From the NCBI GenBank assembly GCA_049294435.1, contig JBAQCU010000020.1:13110-77109 (forward strand): a stretch of 64,000 nucleotides of DNA. Reading direction: 5' to 3'. The notes below the pieces were generated by a model. The model was not told where the DNA came from. It made no database searches and worked only from the letters and a program-made list of their open reading frames with translations. Made by a program: the position numbers and the translations under genes. Positions 29,676-39,090 of this stretch are shown piece after piece (positions within the stretch are counted from its first letter, which is position 1; each line of letters begins with the position of its first letter). The DNA is from Minisyncoccia bacterium. Its GTDB lineage: Bacteria; Patescibacteriota; Minisyncoccia; Phycocordibacterales; UBA1550.

Positions 29676-31019
29676 CTATACTCGAAGAACTTCTATCGCG
29701 TAGAAAATACGACGTATTGTCGTTTCCTTACCTAATATGCTTGCAAGCGTAAACGGGTCAGGAGATTTATCCCGCCCAGAAAGCGCGTAACGCATGGGCC
29801 ACAATACACTCCCCCGCCCTGCATCGGTCGCGTAGTCCCAGATAGCAGTCTTGATTGTTTCTGGCATAAAAAATGTGTCATCAATGTCAGCAATGAGAGA
29901 AAGGACTTTTTTTAATTTATTAGTAGCTACACTAGCATCATTTTCATCCTTCCAAAGCAAAGCCTCTTTTGCAAAAGTTGGGTCATCAAAAAAATAATTA
30001 TACTCCCCCGCTTCTGCCAATATTTTTACCTCTCCAAATACTGAAACATGGTCTACGATAACAGGAACCAACTTTTCAAAAATTTTTTTATTGCCTTCTG
30101 CTTTTTCACGAAGCGATTTTGGAAATCTTGAAAGAATCTCCTCCTCCGCCTTTTCCGTGCGAAGAAGTTTCATATAATGTTTGTTGAGCCATTTTAATTT
30201 ATCGATATTAAAGACGGCGCTACCTTTTTGAACTCTCTCGGGTGTAAAAAGTTTAGTCATTTCACTGATGGAAATGATTTCTTGATCATTTCCCGGATTC
30301 CAGCCCATGAGCGCGACGAAATTTAGAATCGCCTCTGGAAGATACCCTTCTTCTCTGTACTCTGTAACAGCAAGCGCACCATGACGTTTAGAAAGTTTTG
30401 TTTTGTCTGGCGCGAGAATCATTGGCAAATGTGTATAGATAGGGCGTGACGCGCCAATTGCTTCCTGAATGAGGATTTGTCTTGGTGTGTTTGAAATGGC
30501 ATCATCACCGCGGATTATGTGGGTAACCCCCATTTCAAAATCATCCACGACCACAGCAAAGTTATAGAGTGGCGTTTCAAAATCTTTTGCAATAACAAAG
30601 TCACCGAGTTCTGTAGTGTTAAAAGAAATATCCCCACGCGCTTCATCGTGAAAAGTCACGACAATATTTGGATTTTTAAAACGAATGACCTCGGTGCGGT
30701 GACCATCATCAACTGCAATTTCTTTGGACACATACGCGGTACCATTGGCGACAAGTACCTCAAGATATTTTTTATAGATTGCGGAGCGGTCTGATTGCCG
30801 AAAGAACTCGTCATGTGTAAGCCCAAGCCATTTTAAGCCTTCGACGATATTTTCTTCAAATTCTCGCGTTGAGCGCTCTTTGTCAGTGTCCTCGATACGA
30901 AGAATAAACATGCCATTGTTTTGGCGAGCGTAAAGCCACGAGTAAAGAGCTGTCCGAGCGGAGCCGATATGGAGCACTCCTGTCGGGGAGGGTGCAAATC
31001 GTGTAATTACTTTTGTCAT
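29676..31019 (-). CDS. gltX: Glutamate--tRNA ligase
   Basis: PSPTGVLHIGSART (HIGH motif) and KLSKRHG. Confidence 0.9.
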   Translation of the reverse strand: MTKVITRFAPSPTGVLHIGSARTALYSWLYARQNNGMFILRIEDTDKERSTREFEENIVEGLKWLGLTHDEFFRQSDRSAIYKKYLEVLVANGTAYVSKEIAVDDGHRTEVIRFKNPNIVVTFHDEARGDISFNTTELGDFVIAKDFETPLYNFAVVVDDFEMGVTHIIRGDDAISNTPRQILIQEAIGASRPIYTHLPMILAPDKTKLSKRHGALAVTEYREEGYLPEAILNFVALMGWNPGNDQEIISISEMTKLFTPERVQKGSAVFNIDKLKWLNKHYMKLLRTEKAEEEILSRFPKSLREKAEGNKKIFEKLVPVIVDHVSVFGEVKILAEAGEYNYFFDDPTFAKEALLWKDENDASVATNKLKKVLSLIADIDDTFFMPETIKTAIWDYATDAGRGSVLWPMRYALSGRDKSPDPFTLASILGKETTIRRIFYAIEVLRV

Positions 31020-31037
31020 TGGCTGTTTTGAATTGCA

Positions 31038-32165
31038 TTAACCTTGGTGACGCATTAAAATTGCTACAATCTGTTCGGCGATTTGCTCGGCAGCATCTGT
31101 GCGCGCAAACGCCCTCGCAGACTTTTTCATCAACGCGCGCTTGTTGTTGTCATTCATTAAATTCTCAATCTCTGACATCAAAATATTCGGTCCCATATTT
31201 GACTCTTCTATAACCACGGCACCACCTGCGCGCGCGTAAGCAAACGCATTCTTCCTCTGATGATCGCCAACGTGATTTGCAATGGGAATAAGAATAGATG
31301 GAATCTCCCACGCTGCAATTTCAAAAATTGCAGACCCTGCTCGCGACACGATAATAGTCGCCTCCTCCGCGGCTAGTTTCATTGTTTGATTATCAAGATA
31401 CCCATAAATATGGTAGCGTGACGCATTTGCATTACCGCTCAAAAGTCCGCTTACCGTAGTTTTTACGTCTTCCATGTTTGCCTCTCCTGTCTGGTGGATA
31501 ACTTGATATTTTTCCACAAGACGAGGTGAGAGAGTTTCCATTTGACTATTGATAACGCGCGCGCCTTGAGAGCCGCCAAGAACAAGGAGTGTTGGAATAC
31601 CTTGCTCAAGATCAAGCTCTTTTAGAGCATTCTTTCCCGAAGGGCGCAGAATTTCCTCGCGAATCGGGTTACCTGTGAGAGCCGTGCGACCCTCTGGAAA
31701 AAATTGCGCCGCTTCAGCGTATGAGATGGCGATTTTTTGCGCAAACTTACCAGCCCATGTATTTACGCGACCTGGCGCGCTGTCAGATTCATGAATAATA
31801 ACAGGAATGCGAAATAGTTTCGCAGCAACCAAAGTTGGGAAACTTGCAAAACCTCCTTTACTAAATACAACATCAGGATATAACACAAACATTTGAAAAA
31901 TTGACTTTAGTACCCCCCAACCAGTTTTAAAGAAATCAAAAAAATTTTGTAAGGAAAAGTATGTTCGTCTCTTCCCTGCTGTTACGGCCTTAAATTTGAT
32001 TTTGTTGTCAAAAAGCATCCGCTCATTGTATGGCTCGGTAGACAAATAGAACATCAGAACATTCGCGATTTTTTCGCGTACAAGGAGTTGGTGCAGTTTT
32101 TGTGCTACAGCAATAATCGGATAAAAGTGACCGCCTGTTCCCCCACCGGTAAATACGATTTTCAT
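31038..32165 (-). CDS. murG: UDP-GlcNAc--lipid I N-acetylglucosaminyltransferase MurG
   Basis: FTGGGTGGHFYP G-loop; GT28 fold. Confidence 0.9.
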   Translation of the reverse strand: MKIVFTGGGTGGHFYPIIAVAQKLHQLLVREKIANVLMFYLSTEPYNERMLFDNKIKFKAVTAGKRRTYFSLQNFFDFFKTGWGVLKSIFQMFVLYPDVVFSKGGFASFPTLVAAKLFRIPVIIHESDSAPGRVNTWAGKFAQKIAISYAEAAQFFPEGRTALTGNPIREEILRPSGKNALKELDLEQGIPTLLVLGGSQGARVINSQMETLSPRLVEKYQVIHQTGEANMEDVKTTVSGLLSGNANASRYHIYGYLDNQTMKLAAEEATIIVSRAGSAIFEIAAWEIPSILIPIANHVGDHQRKNAFAYARAGGAVVIEESNMGPNILMSEIENLMNDNNKRALMKKSARAFARTDAAEQIAEQIVAILMRHQG

Positions 32166-32453
32166 GTTAGTTTTTCATAGTGAGAGAAGCGAGCTTAGTA
32201 AAACTACACCTGGTTAAATGCGATTTTGCAAATCGCGATTTCAAATTCTCTGTTAAACAGCCTGAGAATTTTTTATTATAGTTATGTGATTTTTTCATAA
32301 TAATGTTAATTGTGTTTTTAATTTGAAATCATTTAACTGGGTAAGGAAATTATATAACTTGATACAACATATTCTGCGTTCGCTCGGAAATGCAAACTCC
32401 GTGTTTGTATTTCGCTCGCTCTCTCGCTCTCTTGAATATAGTCGCTTCACTCC
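32166..32453 (-). promoter_or_regulatory. Family 1 structured leader/repeat, copy A (core 32211-32339), filling the ftsW-murG spacer
   Basis: Shares GGTTAAATGCGATTTTGCAAATCGCGATTTCAAATTCTCTGTT at one end and AATTTGAAATCATTTAACTGGG at the other with copies at 63087-63294 and 63655-63872. Strand is given as the sense of the downstream gene. Confidence 0.6.
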
Positions 32454-33551
32454 TTAATTTCTCTTAGAAATATTTAGGAGAATTCCTACCTCAAGGAAAG
32501 CAAATAGTATCGCGGAACCGCCGTGGCTAACAAACACAAGTGGTACGCCAGTAAGCGGTATTAGCCCGAGCATAGCAGCGATATTCGCAAATGACTGCGA
32601 TACTATCAGTATAACAATTCCTACAGCCAAAAGCGACTCAAAAATATTTGGGGTACGTCTCGCAATTTGTATGCCACGAACACCGAACAAAAGAAACAAA
32701 ATTATGATAATCAACCCGCCAATAAACCCAAATTCTTCTCCTACCACCGCAAAAATAGAGTCGCCTGTTGGTTCAGGGAGAGAACCGAATTTTTGTAGAC
32801 TTTGCCCGAAACCACGGCCTGTAATTCCACCTGAACCGATTGCGAGGAGAGATTTTTGAATCTGATAACTCGACCCCTGCGGGTCGTGCGAAGGGTCAAG
32901 GTATGTGAGAATACGCTCGCCAACATATGGACGAGCAAGAGCTAGAGCGCCGACCGCAAGAACACTAATACCTATAATAAGCAAAAAATGACGAATCTTC
33001 ATTCCTGCAGCAAGAAGCATTGCAATCACAGCGGCAAAAAGAACGGCCAATGTGCCGGTGTCTGGCTCTGCAAGCAACACTATAGCAGGGAGAAGCAATA
33101 TTCCGCCAGTGACAGTCAAGGCTGTTTTTAAAGTTTGGATGCGCTCCCTGAGAATTGGCAAAAGTGCGGCGAAATAGATAACAGTACCAAGTTTGAGAAG
33201 CTCGGACGGTTGAAATGTAATGAACCTCAAATCAATCCACCTATGCGCTCCACCGTGTTCCAATCCGACACCAGGCACAAAAACAAAAAGTGTAACGATT
33301 ACGGAACCAATAAAAATATAAAGTGCATTTGTTTGTAGTAATTTTAAATTGACCTTAAACGCAAAAAAAACGGCAATAATAATTCCAAGAAGAAGCCCTA
33401 AAATAACTTGATCAAACAAAAGATCCTTCAAAGAAAATCCCTTTCGCGCAAAAAGCCCAAACGAGGCAGAAGTGAAAACAAAAAGCCCTACTAGTGCAAG
33501 AAGAGCGGTAATTCCAAGAAATATTTTATCTATTGATTGGATTTTTTTCAT
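32454..33551 (-). CDS. ftsW: SEDS-family peptidoglycan glycosyltransferase FtsW/RodA
   Basis: About 10 TM helices and conserved SEDS loops (GSGGITGRGFGQS). Confidence 0.85.
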   Translation of the reverse strand: MKKIQSIDKIFLGITALLALVGLFVFTSASFGLFARKGFSLKDLLFDQVILGLLLGIIIAVFFAFKVNLKLLQTNALYIFIGSVIVTLFVFVPGVGLEHGGAHRWIDLRFITFQPSELLKLGTVIYFAALLPILRERIQTLKTALTVTGGILLLPAIVLLAEPDTGTLAVLFAAVIAMLLAAGMKIRHFLLIIGISVLAVGALALARPYVGERILTYLDPSHDPQGSSYQIQKSLLAIGSGGITGRGFGQSLQKFGSLPEPTGDSIFAVVGEEFGFIGGLIIIILFLLFGVRGIQIARRTPNIFESLLAVGIVILIVSQSFANIAAMLGLIPLTGVPLVFVSHGGSAILFAFLEVGILLNISKRN

Positions 33552-33563
33552 AACATATTTATT

Positions 33564-34619
33564 TCATCCGACGAGCGCGATTATCGTACCAAGAAGCGCG
33601 AGTACCACCGAAATAACCCAGTATCTCATCACCACCTTGTATGGTGGCCAACCGAGCGCCTGAAAATGGTTGTGTAAGGGTGCTACTAAAAATACTTTTT
33701 TACCATTTCGATATTTTTTTGAAAGAATTTGAATAAGTGACGATGCGCTTGTGGCGATAAGTAGGAGTGCGATGATGGGGAGCACCAGTACTGCCTTTGT
33801 AAGAAAAGCAACGACCGTGAGAGCAGTAGTGAGCGCCATTGTTCCTGTTTCTGAATTAAAAAAACGCGCGGGTGGAATATTAAACCACAGAAATGCTAGG
33901 AGCCCTCCGACCACTACACTGGAAAAAACAGCAAGATCTATTTGCCCCTGCGCAAATGCTATAACTGCGTAAGCGGTAAAAATTGATGCAAATACTCCGC
34001 CCGAAAGCCCATCTATACCGTCTATTATTCCACCGGAATAAATACCGATCATAAAAACAATGAAGAGCGGAATAAACCATAATCCTAGATGCATATCGCC
34101 TACAAACGGCACATGAACAAAATCTATCCCAAGCTTTGCGTAAAACCACCATGCACCAGCGCTTGCAAGGAAAAATATAAATGCGAGTCGCGCACGCAGA
34201 GCGAGGCCTCCGCCAGCATATGTGCCTGTTTCGCGACACACTAGGTAATCATCAATAAGTCCGAATAGTCCTCCTGCAACGAGAGCAAAAAGAGGGAGCC
34301 ATGTTTGCTCACGAGAAAGAAACGAGAGTTTTGAAAAAATACTGTCTGGGAAGACTGAAGCAAAAATAAAAAATAAAATAATCGTTATAGAAACAGATCC
34401 CCAAACTACAACCCCACCCATACGAGGCGTTTTTCTGTCTTCATCATTGTGAAGCTTACCTGAAATAGTTGCTTCTTTCCCGTCCATTGTTAAGCGTACG
34501 CTGGTTTTCTTCCACATCCTATGGCGATAGAGAAACGAGGTCAAAAAAGGAGTTATAGCTATACCAACAAAGAATGCTGTGGCGGTAGCAAGAAAAATTT
34601 TTACAACATCAATTGGCAT
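33564..34619 (-). CDS. mraY: Phospho-N-acetylmuramoyl-pentapeptide transferase MraY
   Basis: GLIDDYL, GIDGLSGG and NHFQALGW motifs. Confidence 0.9.
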   Translation of the reverse strand: MPIDVVKIFLATATAFFVGIAITPFLTSFLYRHRMWKKTSVRLTMDGKEATISGKLHNDEDRKTPRMGGVVVWGSVSITIILFFIFASVFPDSIFSKLSFLSREQTWLPLFALVAGGLFGLIDDYLVCRETGTYAGGGLALRARLAFIFFLASAGAWWFYAKLGIDFVHVPFVGDMHLGLWFIPLFIVFMIGIYSGGIIDGIDGLSGGVFASIFTAYAVIAFAQGQIDLAVFSSVVVGGLLAFLWFNIPPARFFNSETGTMALTTALTVVAFLTKAVLVLPIIALLLIATSASSLIQILSKKYRNGKKVFLVAPLHNHFQALGWPPYKVVMRYWVISVVLALLGTIIALVG

Positions 34620-34661
34620 AGTATTTATCTATTGTACAAAAATTATACAGAAGCACCAAAC

Positions 34662-35699
34662 TCATCTTTTTTGTGAAATTACAGAAACTCTAATTGCAGA
34701 AACAATCTTCCGCATATCGTCAAAACGCCCCTTATAGCTAGAGCCGAGTACTACGGCCACGACAGGGTCGCCAATTCCTCTGTCAAAAATAATTGCAAGA
34801 TTTCCCCCAGATAGATCTGTAAAACCAGTCTTTGATGCCACGAGTCCGGGGATACTCCCAACTATTTCATTCGTATTTGATAAAATATGCGCGATTTCAT
34901 CCTGCGAATAAATACGTGCGTCCTTGCGAGCGGTTATTTCTATGGTTTCTGGATATCTTTTCCAAAGTTCAGCAAATAACTCCGCAACATTGCGAGCAGA
35001 TCCGTACCCTCCTCCCTGCTCAAGTATGCTCACCTGCGCGAGCTGACTACTTTTTGGCAAAGGGACATCTAGGCCAGACTCATTAAAAAATCGCATCTGT
35101 TCTAGCCCGAGTGCGACAGCCTTTTCATTCATCATCTGAACAAAGCTCGCGCGTGCCAGATTCAAGTCGCCAACTTTCTCTGACATATCATTTGCACCTA
35201 CAAAACCCGCCACCGCATGCGCCGCGTCGTTTGAGGAAACAAGCAACATTGCGTTCAATATATCGCCGAGTCGCCACCTTTCACCAGGGCGAAGCCCTGA
35301 GTCCCCCTCTGCAGAAAGGTCGTCTTTTGTAAGGGTGAGTACTGCGCTCTCGGAGAAATGCTCGCGAGCCACAAACGCAGTCATCAACTTGGTCAATGAC
35401 GCAAGTGGAAGTTTTTCGTTTTCACTTTTTGCAAAAAGCACCACTCCTGTTTTTAATTCAATTACATAGACAGCACGCGCCACAAGCGAAATATCTTCAA
35501 ACGGATTCACAATTTTTGCTGTGCTAATTTCCTCAGTTGCACCACCAGTATTGTTTACACCTGTTTCTGTCTGCGTTGGAAGAGCAAATGAAAGTAGCCC
35601 CTGCATTGCAACTGCGAGGCCAGCTCCGCCAATGAGAACAATCGCAAGCGAATGGAGTCTCTTTGCGGTAATGTGTCCTTTATTCTTCCTCGTGTCCAT
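34662..35699 (-). CDS. D-alanyl-D-alanine carboxypeptidase (S11, PBP5/6-like)
   Basis: SLTK (SxxK), SSND (SxN) and KTG motifs; N-terminal TM/signal segment. Confidence 0.8.
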   Translation of the reverse strand: MDTRKNKGHITAKRLHSLAIVLIGGAGLAVAMQGLLSFALPTQTETGVNNTGGATEEISTAKIVNPFEDISLVARAVYVIELKTGVVLFAKSENEKLPLASLTKLMTAFVAREHFSESAVLTLTKDDLSAEGDSGLRPGERWRLGDILNAMLLVSSNDAAHAVAGFVGANDMSEKVGDLNLARASFVQMMNEKAVALGLEQMRFFNESGLDVPLPKSSQLAQVSILEQGGGYGSARNVAELFAELWKRYPETIEITARKDARIYSQDEIAHILSNTNEIVGSIPGLVASKTGFTDLSGGNLAIIFDRGIGDPVVAVVLGSSYKGRFDDMRKIVSAIRVSVISQKR

Positions 35700-36225
35700 T
35701 TTCAGTATCTGATTTTTTAAACTCCTCGACAGATTTCTGCGTCTCTTCGTATCCTGGCAAATCAGAAACTTTGCTTACTCCCATATATGAAAGAAGTTCA
35801 AATGTTGGTTGATATGCGACGCTTCGTCCACCTTGGTCAACTTTTTCAATAAGTCCGCGCACAAGCAGACTTCGTAAAATATAATTTGAATTCACACCCC
35901 GAATGTAGTTTATTTCGCTTCGTGTTATAGGTCCTCTATAAAGCACTGTTGCGAGAGTTTCAAGCCCTGCCTTGCCAAGATCTTTACCGAGCTCTTCTTT
36001 GAGTAGACTCTCTATTGTTGACCCCATTTCTGGTGAAGAGGCGAGCATATACTCATCGCCATTTTGCATCAAAACGATTCCACGACCAGAGAGTGACTGC
36101 TCAAGCTCTGTGAGTCCAGCACGTACATCTTCCTCCGATATGTTTAGTGTTTTTGCCAAAAAACCTGTTGTTACAGGCTCCCCCTTGAAAAACAGTAATG
36201 CTTCGATTTTGCGAGAAAGTTCCAT
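35680..36225 (-). CDS. scpB: Segregation and condensation protein B
   Basis: Tandem wHTH (ALLFFKGEPV.., RGPITRSEINYIRGV..). Confidence 0.85.
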   Translation of the reverse strand: MELSRKIEALLFFKGEPVTTGFLAKTLNISEEDVRAGLTELEQSLSGRGIVLMQNGDEYMLASSPEMGSTIESLLKEELGKDLGKAGLETLATVLYRGPITRSEINYIRGVNSNYILRSLLVRGLIEKVDQGGRSVAYQPTFELLSYMGVSKVSDLPGYEETQKSVEEFKKSDTENGHEEE

Positions 36226-36246
36226 ATGTTCTTTACTATATCACGA

Positions 36247-36276
36247 ATTATACATTCTCCAGATACCTATTGACAA
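36247..36276 (-). promoter_or_regulatory. Sigma70-like promoter TTGTCA-N18-TATAAT for scpB. It overlaps a plus-strand TTGACA-N16-TATACT at 36270-36297.
   Basis: Hexamers read from the sequence on both strands. Confidence 0.4.
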
Positions 36277-36322
36277 AAATAGATAATCGTCTATACTGTA
36301 TACATTATGGCTTCGGCCTCCG

Positions 36323-36352
36323 AGATGCCCGTCACCGCAAGGTGACGGGCAT
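36323..36352. terminator. GC-rich perfect 13 bp stem hairpin (GATGCCCGTCACC-gcaa-GGTGACGGGCATC) followed on the plus strand by GATGTTTT
   Basis: Seen in sequence directly after the stop of ORF 36360-36650. Confidence 0.5.
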
Positions 36353-36359
36353 CGATGTT

Positions 36360-36650
36360 TTAAAGAGAGGATTTCCATACCGAGACAAGTTTGTCGAATA
36401 ACTCCTGATTCAAAATATCAACCTTTCGGAAAAGTCTTTTCGTGCTAATAACTCTTGTTTGAGTAAGTTTAGCCCATACAACTTTGTTTTCAGTTTCTAT
36501 CTTATGATGAAATTCATCATTCTTTTCCTTGAGCGAACACCGCCAAATTTCACGAGGGTGCACGAAAAACACACGCCCTGTTTCATTAAGCTGTTTTTTA
36601 AGGATATTCCACTGGTCAAAACTTTCTTTCATAAAATTATTTCGCTCCAT
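36360..36650 (-). CDS. Hypothetical protein (96 aa) inserted between scpA and scpB
   Basis: ORF overlapping the scpA 3' end by 14 nt. No recognised domain. Confidence 0.4.
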   Translation of the reverse strand: MERNNFMKESFDQWNILKKQLNETGRVFFVHPREIWRCSLKEKNDEFHHKIETENKVVWAKLTQTRVISTKRLFRKVDILNQELFDKLVSVWKSSL

Positions 36651-37374
36651 AATTTGGTGTTTCTAAAGTATTTGTCTCAATTTCAATATCATCACTGTGT
36701 GAACCCTGAGTTACAGCAATCATTCCTTGCTTCACTAGCTCAAGCATAGCGAGGAAACTAACGATGATATTCACCTTTTCCTCCTTACCCACTCCGGCAA
36801 ACTCCTTAAAACTCATTTTTAAACTCCCTGTAATGCGTGTAGTTAGCCTGTCCATCATTTCCTCAAGCGAGATTACCTTTTTTACAACAACTTTTGGTAA
36901 AGTAATCTTTTTTGGAAAATGCAGTATAACATCTCGCATCGCAGAAAAAATGCTTTGCGTGGAAATTTCCTCGCTAGGAGTAAATACCGCTTCCCTCTCG
37001 CGTGGTTGCCCTTTTGGAAAAGAAATATTCTCGCCAAACATTTGCTTCACATTCACAGATAGCTCTCGAATTTTCTGATATTCCTTGAGGCGTCTTTCAA
37101 GCTCATCAATGTCCTGTGTTTCCTCATCAGTGAGTGAGAGCGTTGGCAGAAGTGATTTAGATTTGATAAGGATGAGAGTAGATGCAACAATGAGAAAATT
37201 TGAGACAAAATCCACCGGCATCTTTTCAAATTGCTTTAGGTGCTGGATATAGTCATCCGCAACCACGGCAAGCGAAATCTCATTAATGAAAAGTTTGCGC
37301 TTCTCAACAAGGTCCAACAGAAGCTCCAGTGGCCCCTCAAACACATCGGTTTTAATTTGGTAATCTGAGGGCAT
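36637..37374 (-). CDS. scpA: Segregation and condensation protein A
   Basis: MPSDYQIKTDVFEGPLELLLDLV is a canonical ScpA N-terminus. A start at 37374 avoids overlap with the upstream membrane ORF. Confidence 0.8.
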   Translation of the reverse strand: MPSDYQIKTDVFEGPLELLLDLVEKRKLFINEISLAVVADDYIQHLKQFEKMPVDFVSNFLIVASTLILIKSKSLLPTLSLTDEETQDIDELERRLKEYQKIRELSVNVKQMFGENISFPKGQPREREAVFTPSEEISTQSIFSAMRDVILHFPKKITLPKVVVKKVISLEEMMDRLTTRITGSLKMSFKEFAGVGKEEKVNIIVSFLAMLELVKQGMIAVTQGSHSDDIEIETNTLETPNYGAK

Positions 37375-37378
37375 AAAC

Positions 37379-37789
37379 TTATCTCCTTGTCTTAATATAC
37401 GCTCGCACAATTTTAACCAACGAAGTAATGATGAAGATAATATAAAGTAGCCAGAGGACAGCAAATTCAAATATTCCTGAACTGATACCCCAACCACCTC
37501 CGCCACCTGCATTTTCAAGCCAAAGTGTTACTACGATGATAACTGGAATAAACCACTTTGCGAAATTCCACCAGGCGTGGAAGACTTCGTCTTTCATGCG
37601 GTAGGTAATGAGGGATAGGAGAAAAAGTGGAGTGGAAACAATAGCCAATGATGCAACTATCCCGTAGGAATCACTGCAAATAAACAAATTTCCACTAGAA
37701 CAGTGCCAAATTTGATTAATAACAGCAGGAAGAAACAAAATAATACTTCCAATTACTCCTACAAATAAAACATTTTTTTTTGTCGTCAT
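37379..37789 (-). CDS. Hypothetical membrane protein (136 aa, 4 TM, Gly-rich loop)
   Basis: ORF with hydrophobic segments. Confidence 0.45.
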   Translation of the reverse strand: MTTKKNVLFVGVIGSIILFLPAVINQIWHCSSGNLFICSDSYGIVASLAIVSTPLFLLSLITYRMKDEVFHAWWNFAKWFIPVIIVVTLWLENAGGGGGWGISSGIFEFAVLWLLYIIFIITSLVKIVRAYIKTRR

Positions 37790-37806
37790 AAGTTTATATA
37801 AATAAA

Positions 37807-39090
37807 TTAATAATCTACTCTCATACTCCCTTTATCGCTCACAAGTTTCAAAATACGGAGTCCTAAAAATGTCTCCTTGTTTTCCTTTTCATCTTCATCA
37901 CCGCTATTCACCTTCCTTTCAATTTTAGTAGTATTCTTCTTCGCATCATAATGCGCTTCAACCTTTAAATTCCCAACTGTCACTTTCTGTTCAAGTTCCT
38001 TGATATTTCCCATTTTGTCAGTGGACCACTCATATTGTAGCGTAATTTTAGGAATTGCGCTTATGGAGATACCATTGTAATACAACTCCTGTAGCTGTAC
38101 TTTTATTTCCTTCGCTTCTTGTTTAGATTTAGAAAATACAATGCCCAAAGTGTTACCCGTAAGGTCTGTAATGATTGACGAGGTAGCAGTATTAAAGACT
38201 GTTGCTTCTCCGCCATTGTCAATGCCCTCAATCAACAATTGTTGAGTAGTAGTGCTAAAAGAGATGCGTGCTTCTGGAGACGTTGTGTCGAAGGCGACAT
38301 CATTGCCGACATTTGGCATGAGAGTGAAATCGATCGTGCCATCATTGTCATAGTCAACGAATAGAGGTGTTGCGGTTTGAAGTATGCCGTCGGGAAAGGA
38401 GATCGTCGCAGTTGTTGAAGTTGCGGATGGGACACCAGAAAATGTTGTAGAAGCAATTATGTTGTTCATACCATCAATCTCCTCCATGTCCAAGGTAAAA
38501 GAGCCAGAGGCGTAGCCTACGAGGTTTAATGTGATGGAAGTTCCTTTAGGGATTTTGAGTACTTGAACTTCGCCGTAACGCTTGAAACTACCGTCTGGAA
38601 TAGTAGAGATTGCGGAGCTAACTGTATTACCAAGGTTATCGGTGACAGAGAGGTTGAGTGGCGAGTGAAGAATGAAGCTAAGGCGGTCAGGAGAATTTGA
38701 TGAAGGAGGGGAAGTAGGTATAAACTCCAACGTAGTTGTTGATGTAATATTAGTGAGAATATTTTGAATAAGGGTACGAAGTGATGGAACCTCAAGAATG
38801 TCGGCATGTTTACGGGGAGCATTCCCAGTAAGCCACCATTTATTGTACGTATCCAAATCCACCCAGTACTTCTTCGTCGTTGAAGCAGTACTCAAGAGCG
38901 CGCTCGCTGTCACCACTGTCCCGTCACCATCCACCACTTCTTTTGGGTTATAAATAACAGTGGGAGTAGTGGTGTACACGCAATATGTTTTGGTAAAAGG
39001 AAATGCTGGTTGTGTTTCCTTACAGACAGTTTTCTTCCCCTCTTTATACTCAATATTGTCGCGAGCGTATCCTCTCCCCAGCCGGCAATC
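37807..39090 (-). CDS. Downstream part of the giant surface protein (lipase C-terminal region with a DGDGTV motif, then Thr/Ser-rich beta region). Reading frame shifted relative to the 5' part.
   Basis: The frame is open upstream of the annotated GTG back to a TGA at 39091-39093 and reads ..DNIEYKEGKKTVCKETQPAFPFTKTYCVYTTTPTVIYNPKEVVDGDGTVV. This is protein-like, whereas the tail of the upstream frame is not. Confidence 0.55.
   Translation of the reverse strand, partial: DCRLGRGYARDNIEYKEGKKTVCKETQPAFPFTKTYCVYTTTPTVIYNPKEVVDGDGTVVTASALLSTASTTKKYWVDLDTYNKWWLTGNAPRKHADILEVPSLRTLIQNILTNITSTTTLEFIPTSPPSSNSPDRLSFILHSPLNLSVTDNLGNTVSSAISTIPDGSFKRYGEVQVLKIPKGTSITLNLVGYASGSFTLDMEEIDGMNNIIASTTFSGVPSATSTTATISFPDGILQTATPLFVDYDNDGTIDFTLMPNVGNDVAFDTTSPEARISFSTTTQQLLIEGIDNGGEATVFNTATSSIITDLTGNTLGIVFSKSKQEAKEIKVQLQELYYNGISISAIPKITLQYEWSTDKMGNIKELEQKVTVGNLKVEAHYDAKKNTTKIERKVNSGDEDEKENKETFLGLRILKLVSDKGSMRVDY

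Noticed and set aside
36360-36650. Toxin-like function (MazF/PemK/Doc) for the 96 aa protein between scpA and scpB
   Set aside because: No family-specific motif could be matched by eye. Kept as hypothetical.
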